Assembly: GCA_965140415.1 (NCBI GenBank)
Contig: OZ223209.1
Coordinates: forward strand, 1,824,001-1,888,000
Length of the DNA stretch: 64,000 bases
Reading direction: 5' to 3'
Origin: Myxococcota bacterium
GTDB taxonomy: Bacteria > Myxococcota_A > SURF-8
Below, piece after piece: positions 9,494 to 17,807 of the stretch. The notes under the pieces were generated by a model that saw only the letters and a list, made by a program, of their open reading frames with translations, made no database searches and was not told the origin of the DNA. Numbering within the stretch: position 1 is the first letter of the stretch; each line of letters starts with the position of its first letter. The translations under genes were made by a program, and so were the position numbers.

Positions 9494-10432
9494 TTAGCTC
9501 ATAAGCATGGCCATCAGGGCTTTTTGAGCGTGCAAACGGTTTTCCGCTTGCTGGAAAATCGCCGAGCGTGGATCGCGCGAAGCGTCGTACGTGATTTCTT
9601 CGTCGTAATGAGCGGGCAAACAATGCAACACGATGGCATCCGGATTGGCGGCGTTTAGCAAATCCATGTTGATCTGATAACCGACGAATTTCTTTTGCCG
9701 CTCGATTTTTTCCGCTTCCTGGCCCATCGAGGCCCAAACGTCGGTGTAAAGCACGTCGGCGTTTTTAACCGCTTCTTTTGGATCGGCGGTTAAAATAACT
9801 TCCGCCCCGGTTTTCTTTCCAATGGCGGCGGCTTCTTCCACGATCTGCATTTGCGGGCGATAATCTTCCGGCGTGGCCAGGGCGACACTCATGCCTAACT
9901 TGGTGCAACCGTATAATAAAGAATGCGTCATGTTGTTGCCGTCGCCGATGTAGGCAAGCTTCAAACCCTTCAGCGTTCCCTTGCGTTCAACAATCGTTTG
10001 CAAGTCGGCCAGCACCTGGCAGGGATGGTTGAAATCGGTCAGGCCGTTGATTACCGGCACCTTGCTGTATTTCGCCAGATCCAGCACGATCTGATGTTCG
10101 AAGGTTCGCGCCATGATTCCATTTGCATACGAAGCCAGTACGGTGGCGATGTCTTCCGTGCTTTCGCGTTTGCCGATGCTGATTTGATCCGGGCCAAGAT
10201 ACACGGCGTAGCCGCCCAATTGATGCATGCCGATTTGGAAGGAAACCATGGTTCGTAAAGACGGTTTCTGGAAAATCATGGCCAGCGTTTTACCCGCCAG
10301 ATACGGATGCGGACGGCCTGCGTTGACATCGGCCTTCAAGCGGATGGCGAGTTTGAAAATGGCATTCATCTCTTCAACGCTCAAATCGAGCAGAGAAATC
10401 AAATGTTTGGTAGACAGGGAAAACTCGGTCAT
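9494..10432 (-). CDS. argF: Ornithine carbamoyltransferase
   Basis: FQKPSLRT, INGLTDFNHPCQ, YIGDGNN, TDVWASMG, HCLPA, QAENRLH; ATG at 10432 with an aaggag RBS. Confidence 0.96.
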   Translation of the reverse strand: MTEFSLSTKHLISLLDLSVEEMNAIFKLAIRLKADVNAGRPHPYLAGKTLAMIFQKPSLRTMVSFQIGMHQLGGYAVYLGPDQISIGKRESTEDIATVLASYANGIMARTFEHQIVLDLAKYSKVPVINGLTDFNHPCQVLADLQTIVERKGTLKGLKLAYIGDGNNMTHSLLYGCTKLGMSVALATPEDYRPQMQIVEEAAAIGKKTGAEVILTADPKEAVKNADVLYTDVWASMGQEAEKIERQKKFVGYQINMDLLNAANPDAIVLHCLPAHYDEEITYDASRDPRSAIFQQAENRLHAQKALMAMLMS

Positions 10433-10578
10433 GTTTCTCTCCTTTAAAAAGACATCGGAATGCTTGCCCGATATCGGCTGGTGGCTGCGAATGAATACAA
10501 CAAGCGCAGCCCTGCGCGAAAATTCGAAACCCCGTATATTCAAAGAAAGGTTGGGTTTCTTCGCGGTTGCTCGTAAAC

Positions 10579-11571
10579 CTATTGGAACGTGATGGTCGTC
10601 CCGGCCTTGCCCTGCATCGCCTGGCGCAGGTTTTCATGGTCGGTGATGATCACTTTCTTCGTTTGCTTGCGGCGCACGCCTTCCAGATAATCGATGGCGG
10701 CCTGGATCTTCGGTCCCATCGAACCTTCGGGGAATTGGCCCTGCTTCAAATATTCCTTGGCTTCGTGAACGGTCATGTGATCCAGCCATTTGGGATCGCC
10801 GCTCTTGAAATCGAGGGCGACCCGATCCACGGCGGTCAGCATGATCAGTACGTCCGAATCCAACGACAGCGCCATCAAACCCGAAACCAGATCTTTGTCG
10901 ATCACGGCGTCTACGCCTTCATATGAGCCATCGCGCTCGATAATGACCGGAATGCCGCCGCCACCGCCCGCGATGACAATCGCGCCGCTGCTGATGAGGC
11001 TTTCGATGACATCGAGTTCCACGACTTCAAGCGGGTAGGGCGAGGGCACCACGCGCCGCCAGCCGCGTCCCGCGTCTTCGACCATCGACCAGCCCAGCTC
11101 GTCCATACGCTGCTTGGCGTCTTCCTCGCTGTAGAAAATCGCGCCGATCGGCTTGGCCGGTTTGATCAGCATGGGATCGTGACGATCCACCACGACCTGC
11201 GTTAAAATCGTTACCACCGGCATGTCGCGGTTTTCCATCAGCATGTGATTCTGCAAGGTCTGCTGAATCATGTAACCGACCGAACCCTGCGTAGCTGCAC
11301 CCATTACACCCAATGGCTGCGCGGGAACCTGGTCCATCGCGCTTTCCATCTGGATCAGCAGATCGCCGATCTGCGGGCCGTTGCCGTGGGTGATGACCAA
11401 CTGGTAGCCTTCCTCGATGAGATGCCAGAGCGTGCGAATCGAGGCGCGTGTGTTGGCGAACTGCTGGGTGATGGTTCCCTGTTCTCCTTTTTTGGTCAAG
11501 GAGTTGCCGCCTAAAGCGACAACCGCGACCTTGCGTCTTGCGTGTGGCATACCCGTTTTCCTATGCATCAT
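10579..11571 (-). CDS. arcC: Carbamate kinase
   Basis: VALGGNSL, THGNGPQIG, GWRRVVPSP, GGGGIPV, AVIDKDL, GSMGPKI. Confidence 0.96.
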   Translation of the reverse strand: MMHRKTGMPHARRKVAVVALGGNSLTKKGEQGTITQQFANTRASIRTLWHLIEEGYQLVITHGNGPQIGDLLIQMESAMDQVPAQPLGVMGAATQGSVGYMIQQTLQNHMLMENRDMPVVTILTQVVVDRHDPMLIKPAKPIGAIFYSEEDAKQRMDELGWSMVEDAGRGWRRVVPSPYPLEVVELDVIESLISSGAIVIAGGGGGIPVIIERDGSYEGVDAVIDKDLVSGLMALSLDSDVLIMLTAVDRVALDFKSGDPKWLDHMTVHEAKEYLKQGQFPEGSMGPKIQAAIDYLEGVRRKQTKKVIITDHENLRQAMQGKAGTTITFQ

Positions 11572-11605
11572 TGCAACCCATTAGTACGGGTGCGTAACGA
11601 AACAA

Positions 11606-11636
11606 CCGCCTTCCACGGTCTGGCCATGGAAGGCGG
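11606..11636 (-). terminator. Strong hairpin between arcE-like gene and arcC (terminator or mRNA stabiliser)
   Basis: ccgccttcca...tggaaggcgg 10-bp stem with a weak U tract on the minus strand. Confidence 0.55.
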
Positions 11637-11660
11637 CTAAACCCTGTTACCAATTACAGT

Positions 11661-12968
11661 TTAGAACTTTTCAAGCAATTTGGCCAGTTCGCCGGGATTG
11701 CGTTCTTCCAGTTTGTAACCGACGCGCACCATGGGCTTGTTGACTTTGATGATGCGGGTCAAGTCGATCGGCGTTGCCGCCACGACCACGTCGCAGTCGG
11801 TCTTGTTGATGGTTTCCTGCAAATCCTTCACCTGCTGATCGCCGTAGCCCATCGCCGGAAGCAGGGTACCGATGTTCGGATAATGCTCGAAGGTTTCGGT
11901 GATCGTGCCGACGGTGTAAGGACGCGGATCGACGAATTCAGCCGCGCCGAATTTCTTGGCGGCCACAACACCAGCGCCGTATTTCATTTCGCCGTGAGTC
12001 AGGGTGGGGCCGTCTTCGACCACCAGCACGCGCTTGCCTTTGATGACGTCCGGATCGGATACGCTGACGGGGCTATTGCATTCGACCACTGCCGCATTGG
12101 GGTTCAGCTTTTTGATGCTGGCTTTAACGGTAGCGATGCCTTCTTCATCTGCGGTGTCCATTTTATTAATGACGACCACATCGGCCATGCGCAGGTTGGT
12201 TTCGCCCGGATGATAAATCAGTTCGTGACCGGCGCGATGCGGATCGACCACGACGATGGAGAGGTCCGGCTTGTAGAAGGAGAGATCGTTGTTGCCACCG
12301 TCCCAGATGACCACGTCCGCTTCTTTTTCGGCTTCTTTCAAAATTGCGCCGTAATCCACGCCCGCGAAAACGACTTCGCCGTTATCGATGTGCGGCTCGT
12401 ATTCTTCACGCTCTTCGATGGTGCAATCATGCTTGTCCAGATCCGGGTAATCGCCGAAGCGCTGCACGGCCTGCTTGGCCAGATCGCCGTAAGGCATGGG
12501 GTGACGGATGGCGGCCACGGTGCGGCCTTTTTCCTTTAATACGTCGCATACGTAACGGGTGGTCTGGCTTTTACCGCAGCCGGTGCGCACGGCGCAGATG
12601 GAAACCAGCGGCTTGTCCGATTTGATCATGGTGTCGCGTGCGCCCTGCATCAGGAAGTTCGCGCCAGCGGCCAACACTTCGGAAGCCAGGTGCATGACAT
12701 GCGTGTGCAGTACGTCGGAATAGGCGAATACCACGTAATCCACATCGTGTTCTTTAATGATTTCGGTCAGGTTTTCTTCGGCCAGAATCGGAATCCCCTG
12801 GGGATACAGTTTGCCTGCCAGTTCGGCAGGATAGGCGCGGCCATCGATGTTCGGAATCTGAGTTGCGGTAAACGCCACTACCTGATACTCGGGATTGTCG
12901 CGGAAAACGACGTTGAAGTTGTGAAAATCGCGTCCGGCTGCTCCCAAGATAACCACTTTCTTCGCCAT
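11661..12968 (-). CDS. arcE: Arginine synthetase ArcE-like protein (usually annotated as cyclic 2,3-diphosphoglycerate synthetase-like or predicted GTPase)
   Basis: ILGAAGRDFHNFN, AFTATQIP, P-loop VRTGCGKSQT, RHPMPYG, IEEREEYE, WDGGNND, VEDGPTLTHG; directly upstream of arcC and argF; ATG at 12968 with a gaggagg RBS. Confidence 0.82.
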   Translation of the reverse strand: MAKKVVILGAAGRDFHNFNVVFRDNPEYQVVAFTATQIPNIDGRAYPAELAGKLYPQGIPILAEENLTEIIKEHDVDYVVFAYSDVLHTHVMHLASEVLAAGANFLMQGARDTMIKSDKPLVSICAVRTGCGKSQTTRYVCDVLKEKGRTVAAIRHPMPYGDLAKQAVQRFGDYPDLDKHDCTIEEREEYEPHIDNGEVVFAGVDYGAILKEAEKEADVVIWDGGNNDLSFYKPDLSIVVVDPHRAGHELIYHPGETNLRMADVVVINKMDTADEEGIATVKASIKKLNPNAAVVECNSPVSVSDPDVIKGKRVLVVEDGPTLTHGEMKYGAGVVAAKKFGAAEFVDPRPYTVGTITETFEHYPNIGTLLPAMGYGDQQVKDLQETINKTDCDVVVAATPIDLTRIIKVNKPMVRVGYKLEERNPGELAKLLEKF

Positions 12969-13022
12969 GGAATCCTCCTCGCTTGTCTGATTCAACTGTA
13001 AAAAATTGTTCTGGATACCGTA

Positions 13023-13109
13023 CCCACCCAGCGGATGGATGGGGAAATCGCGAAGATTTCGGACAGCCTGGCGACCGTCACGGCTGGAGGGAGGACTGGG
13101 TCAACTCCC
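13023..13109 (-). promoter_or_regulatory. Structured 5' leader of the arcE operon (four abutting hairpins)
   Basis: Stems at 13089-13109, 13064-13086, 13044-13060 and 13023-13043. Confidence 0.45.
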
Positions 13110-13116
13110 GCTATGA

Positions 13117-13145
13117 TTTGTACCCAAAGTGGAAACGCTTGTCAA
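13117..13145 (-). promoter_or_regulatory. Sigma70-like promoter of arcE-arcC-argF
   Basis: Minus strand ttgaca-N17-tacaaa. Confidence 0.65.
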
Positions 13146-13271
13146 GTCCTGTAAGCTGAGATCGTACAATTTAGGAAAAGAGAAACAAAAGGTCGGTTGA
13201 CGGATTTTTTACGTCGTCATGCCATACTGCACTACAACATTGTAATCTTTGGAGCTTTTCTCAAGTCAAGT

Positions 13272-13344
13272 GTAGGATGGGTAATTGTTTTACCCATCGA
13301 TACAATTGCTTGATTAAGATGGGCATGGCAAATGCCCATCCTAC
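13272..13344. repeat. GTAG-type REP inverted doublet (REPIN-like)
   Basis: gtaggatgggtaattgttttacccatc ... gatgggcatggcaaatgcccatcctac. Confidence 0.8.
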
Positions 13345-13387
13345 GGAAGGGCGGCATTTGTCGGGCAAGACATTTGCCCGACCGGTT

Positions 13388-16378
13388 CTACGGTTCTTCA
13401 TCCAATTCGATTTCCATCTGCATGGGTTCCACTTCATCCATGACCTTGGAAAAATCGATGGGCAATTCTTCCTTCTTGCGCCAGATGTTGAAGCGCGCCA
13501 TGTAGCGCACCGCCTGCTGGAACTTTAACTGGCGATCCAACGCGCGCCCGGCGTAGAAATCCACTTCCGGGAAACGCTTGCGGAAGGCTTCGTCTTCGGC
13601 TAAAGGCACCAGCAAACGCTCGGCCCGTTCGAAATCGAGTTGCTTGACAGCCAGTGCGCCGGCTACCAGTTTCAAGCGGGGATCTTTATCCTTGCTCATC
13701 AGTTCATCCACCTGCCGCCGCGCTTCTGCCGGTTCACCCGCCACGATGGACATGGCCAGCATGGTATATTGCTCGTCTTCCTTTTCGGTGATCAGCCAGC
13801 CGTTGGTGACCGGCACCCATTGATGATCTTTCAGGTAGATCAGTTCGCAGACTTCCTCGACCTCTACGGCCAGCTCGTTTATGTGGATCTGCATCGAAGC
13901 TCCGGCCACCTGATAGGCGGCGTCGGTGCGGCCATGCGCCAGCAGATGCAGCGCCAGTTCGCCAAGCCGCGAGGCGCGGGTTTCTTTCGTGTCGCCCAGA
14001 TCGTCCAATAGGGGCAGCAACTCGCCATGCTCCGAATCGAAATGAAACTCCAGTGCGTTTTTCGCGTAGCGCTCGTATTGCAGCATGTCCTTGGGTCCGG
14101 CGAATTCGATGTAGCCGTTGTCATCCGTGTTATAGATCCCGCTTCCCACGAAGCGCTGTACTTCAAGATCGTTGACGGCTAACAATGACAGCAGATCGTA
14201 AGCGCCTCCTTGGTGAGCGACGGAAAGCGCGTCTTGCGTACCGGCGCGTTTGGCGCGTTCGATCAACTGGTTGACCTTCAAGCGCCAGGGTGTTTTCTTG
14301 CCAAGCAGGATCAGATCCACACCGCGCTCGGAAGCGGAGAAGACCAGAATGTTGGGAAAGACTTTGTGGAAGCCGCGCATCAGAATTTTCAGATTTTCCG
14401 GCGACAGTTCATAGAGTTGCAGCCACTGCGCGTAAATGCCGCCCTCCGCCAGCCTGCGTTCCATGCGGCGGTAGAAATCGACGGTAAACAGGCTGCCCGC
14501 CCCGGCCACCCAGGGATTGCTGGGTTCGGAGACGATGACGTCGAACTTGTTGGCGCTGTATCCCAACACCGTGCGGGCATCGCCGATGACCAGATTCATG
14601 CGCTCGTCGTCGGTGGGATGGAAGTTGACGCCTTCGAAGTAGAGCGAAGCATCCACCACGCGCGGCTCCAGTTCCACTGCCGTCAGGCTACGCAAGGGCG
14701 TTTGCAGCATTGCTCCCGCCGTGACGCCGGAGCCATAGCCGATCAGCGCCGCCTTGTGACCCTCTTCACGATCGTGCAGCAGCATCGGTAATAAACCCAC
14801 AAGCACCTGGGTGGGCATGTCGAAGCGATTGCTGGCTTCGGCCTTGCCGTTGACGCGCATCGTGCGGATGTCGGCGCGTTGCTCGACCGTTACCGTACCG
14901 ACGGGACCATCTTTATAATACAACATGCGGCTGCGCACGGGCCGATCCTGCTGAGCCATTTTCTGCGCCAGTCCCACTCGGAACATGCCCGAGGTCAAGC
15001 GTCCCAGATCCCAGCCGGGCAGCAGAAAGAGCGCTACCGCCAAAACCACTGCCACCGGGGCGTTGCGCAGGATTTTCTTTTTGCTTAAAAATCCACCTTC
15101 GGTGCTGGCGAATAAGGCCGTCCACAGGATAGCCACTCCGGCGGCGTTTAAAATGGTGGCCTGCAAACCGATCATGGGAATCAGCACGAAGGCGGCTAAA
15201 AAGCTTCCGAGTATCGAGCCCAGCGTATTGAGAAAATACGCGACGCCGACATCGTAACCCAGACGACGCACCCCGGCGGAGATCAGTCGCAGCGCCGCCG
15301 GAAAGGAGATGCCCATCGCCAGGGTGGGGAGCAGCAGTACCGCGGCGATCAAGCCGCCGTGAACGAAAAAGATCTGAGGCGTAGCCACCTGGCCGCTTTT
15401 CGCATAGGCCATCAGCAGTTCGGGGAGCCTGTCGGCGAATTGCACGCCCAATACCAGAAACAAAGCCAGGATGCCTTGTGCAATCGCCAGGGTGCGAAAG
15501 GGCTTTACCCGCCCGGCGAGAATCGAGGCATAGAGAAGGCTGCCCAGTCCGATGCCTGCCAGAAACACGGCGACCGTTAACGTAAAACTATAGATGCTGG
15601 AACCCAAAACCACTGCCAGTACGCGCGTGTAGGCCACCTGTACCAGCATGGCGCTGAAGCCGGAAAGAAACATGAATGCGCCCAGCATGGCGTAGGGTTG
15701 CAGCGGTTTGCCCAACTTCGTAAGGTCCATGCCCGTCGGTTCGGGAAGGGCCGTTTGCTTTTTATCCAGTAGCAGCGAAAACAAAAACGCCGCCGCCGCC
15801 ACCGTAAGCGATAGCGCCGCCACCGCCCAGATCGACTTCTGCTGGCCCAGATAAGGCAATAGCAGAAAGCCGCCGGTCAGAACTCCGGCGAAAGCTCCCA
15901 ACGTGTTGATGCCGTAGAGCGCGCCGATGCGCGGGCCGATCTGCTCGTAACGCTGGGTCAGACCGCGCACCAAAAGCGGCAGCGTGGCTCCCATCGCCAT
16001 GGTCGGCGGCAATAAGGCCAGGAAAATCGCGACGAAACGAATGGCGGCGTAAGCGGAAGCCGAGAGCATCGCACCGCCTAGTACGCGGTATTGCAAAACA
16101 TCCAGTTCAGCCAGAACCAGCGGACTCAGCAGCGCATACAACCCCACGAAGCCTTCCAGCGCAGCATAGAGCAGCACCGGACGCCGGACGCGGTCGACCA
16201 ACTTGGCCGCTACCAGCCCGCCCAGACCCAAACCGCCTAAAAACGCGCCGGTAACCGTGCCGCTGGCCCAACTGCTCGACCCGAACACCAGGCTCAACTC
16301 GCGGAACCAGATCGTTTCCAACACCAGGCCCGTCAGGCCGGACAAGAAAAAGAGAGGGGCTATCAAACGTATCATCAT
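13388..16378 (-). CDS. Fused membrane (MFS-like) / spermidine synthase-like protein with TPR-like C-terminus
   Basis: Many TM segments, GALYGINTLGA, YYKDGPVGTVTV, LIGYGSGVTAG, VELEP, GDAR, FDVIVSEPSNPW, QWLQLYE, NTDDN. Confidence 0.9.
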   Translation of the reverse strand: MMIRLIAPLFFLSGLTGLVLETIWFRELSLVFGSSSWASGTVTGAFLGGLGLGGLVAAKLVDRVRRPVLLYAALEGFVGLYALLSPLVLAELDVLQYRVLGGAMLSASAYAAIRFVAIFLALLPPTMAMGATLPLLVRGLTQRYEQIGPRIGALYGINTLGAFAGVLTGGFLLLPYLGQQKSIWAVAALSLTVAAAAFLFSLLLDKKQTALPEPTGMDLTKLGKPLQPYAMLGAFMFLSGFSAMLVQVAYTRVLAVVLGSSIYSFTLTVAVFLAGIGLGSLLYASILAGRVKPFRTLAIAQGILALFLVLGVQFADRLPELLMAYAKSGQVATPQIFFVHGGLIAAVLLLPTLAMGISFPAALRLISAGVRRLGYDVGVAYFLNTLGSILGSFLAAFVLIPMIGLQATILNAAGVAILWTALFASTEGGFLSKKKILRNAPVAVVLAVALFLLPGWDLGRLTSGMFRVGLAQKMAQQDRPVRSRMLYYKDGPVGTVTVEQRADIRTMRVNGKAEASNRFDMPTQVLVGLLPMLLHDREEGHKAALIGYGSGVTAGAMLQTPLRSLTAVELEPRVVDASLYFEGVNFHPTDDERMNLVIGDARTVLGYSANKFDVIVSEPSNPWVAGAGSLFTVDFYRRMERRLAEGGIYAQWLQLYELSPENLKILMRGFHKVFPNILVFSASERGVDLILLGKKTPWRLKVNQLIERAKRAGTQDALSVAHQGGAYDLLSLLAVNDLEVQRFVGSGIYNTDDNGYIEFAGPKDMLQYERYAKNALEFHFDSEHGELLPLLDDLGDTKETRASRLGELALHLLAHGRTDAAYQVAGASMQIHINELAVEVEEVCELIYLKDHQWVPVTNGWLITEKEDEQYTMLAMSIVAGEPAEARRQVDELMSKDKDPRLKLVAGALAVKQLDFERAERLLVPLAEDEAFRKRFPEVDFYAGRALDRQLKFQQAVRYMARFNIWRKKEELPIDFSKVMDEVEPMQMEIELDEEP

Positions 16379-16601
16379 GTCATTTCCTAGACTGATAGAC
16401 GGGGAGATTGCATGTGCGGGGTGTAAGTTACGCGCAACGTGATTCGCGCCAATTTCCGGCGCAAGGCGGATATCCTATTGAAACACCCCGCTTATTCCTT
16501 GCTCCTTCTACCAGAATCGGCTAAAAGAGGCAAACAGGGAAGCGGAAAAAAGTGTGCGTCGGCCTGGAGTTTGAAAGAATGACCGATAAGAGGAGCCAAG
16601 C

Positions 16602-17381
16602 ATGAATTTTCTACAAGAGTACGCGCGCGGATTCGGATTGCCGCTGGACGGCTTTTCGCTGATGCGAAAAGAGCCGAGACTGAGAACGTTTGTCCTGATT
16701 CCCATTCTCATCAACGCCATCTTGTTCATTGCCGGAATGACGGCGCTTTGGATCTATCGCGTGGATGTGGTGGAGTTGATCTGGAGCTATCCTGCTGAAA
16801 GTATTGTCCGAATCGTGTTGTGGTATCTGGTGGCGGTTCTGGTGATGGGAGGCGCGATGGTGCTTTCCTACTTCCTTTTCACTCCCATCGGCTGCCTGAT
16901 CGCGTCTCCCTTTAACGATGCGCTTGCCGGACGCACCGAACAGGTGTTGGACCCAGACTCCAACCAGGCGGAAGTGTCGGTTTCTTTTAAGGAAATAGCG
17001 AATACGATCAAGAAGGAACTGGGCAAGGTGCTGCTGGCGAGCGTGGTGTTTTTAATCGCGATCGTGGTCAACCTGCTGCCTGCGATCGGTCAGGTGATCT
17101 CCATTGTCGTGACCTTACTGTTGGGTGGCTGGGTGATGAGTTTGGAATACCTGGATTATCCGATGAGTCGTCATGGTTACACCTTGGCCGAGATTCGGCG
17201 CACCGTTAGGGAAAATCAGGCGCTTTGTTTGGGATTTGGTGGTGGCGTGATTGTGTTGTTGATGATTCCGCTATTGAATCTGGTCTGTATTCCTGCTTGC
17301 GTAGTTGCTGGAACGGATCTGTTTGTACGCTTGCGTAAACAGAATCGAATAACCCCCCCGGTGAATGTTGCTGCCAAGTAG
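16602..17381 (+). CDS. EI24/CysZ-family membrane protein
   Basis: LIPILIN, LIASPFNDALA, EYLDYPMSR, LGFG, IPLLNL...VVAGT. Confidence 0.88.
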   Translation: MNFLQEYARGFGLPLDGFSLMRKEPRLRTFVLIPILINAILFIAGMTALWIYRVDVVELIWSYPAESIVRIVLWYLVAVLVMGGAMVLSYFLFTPIGCLIASPFNDALAGRTEQVLDPDSNQAEVSVSFKEIANTIKKELGKVLLASVVFLIAIVVNLLPAIGQVISIVVTLLLGGWVMSLEYLDYPMSRHGYTLAEIRRTVRENQALCLGFGGGVIVLLMIPLLNLVCIPACVVAGTDLFVRLRKQNRITPPVNVAAK

Positions 17382-17397
17382 ACTGAAAGCCCGGCTA

Positions 17398-17793
17398 TTA
17401 GCTCGTCAGTTCCAGTTCTTCGAGCGTTTCTAATAGCTTTTTCTTTTCAATCGGTTTGATCAGATAGGCATCGCATTCGGATCGAAACGCCTTGCTGACG
17501 TTTTTGTAGTCGCTCAATGCGGTGGTCATGATGATCTTGGCTCCAAGACCTGCCGTGACGCCATGTTCGGTTTCCAACTCGCGAATGGCTTTCAAGGCCT
17601 GCTGTCCATCCATGCGCGGCATCATGATGTCCATGCAGATCAGCTCGTAAGGATTGCCTTGCTGCAAAGCCAGCTTTACCGCCTGGACGGCCTCTTCCCC
17701 ATCAACGGCGACATCGCAGGTGCCGAAACGGGACAGGTTGCCAATAAGAATCATTCGCGAAACCAAGTCATCTTCCGTGATCAAAATTCGCAT
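17398..17793 (-). CDS. Single-domain response regulator (CheY-like)
   Basis: ILITEDD, CMDIMMPRMDG, IMTTA, YLIKP. Confidence 0.93.
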   Translation of the reverse strand: MRILITEDDLVSRMILIGNLSRFGTCDVAVDGEEAVQAVKLALQQGNPYELICMDIMMPRMDGQQALKAIRELETEHGVTAGLGAKIIMTTALSDYKNVSKAFRSECDAYLIKPIEKKKLLETLEELELTS

Positions 17794-17807
17794 GTACACC
17801 ACTCCTT

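Noticed and set aside
11661-12968. Cyclic 2,3-diphosphoglycerate synthetase
   Set aside because: No 2-phosphoglycerate kinase gene is adjacent; the arcC/argF context favours ArcE.
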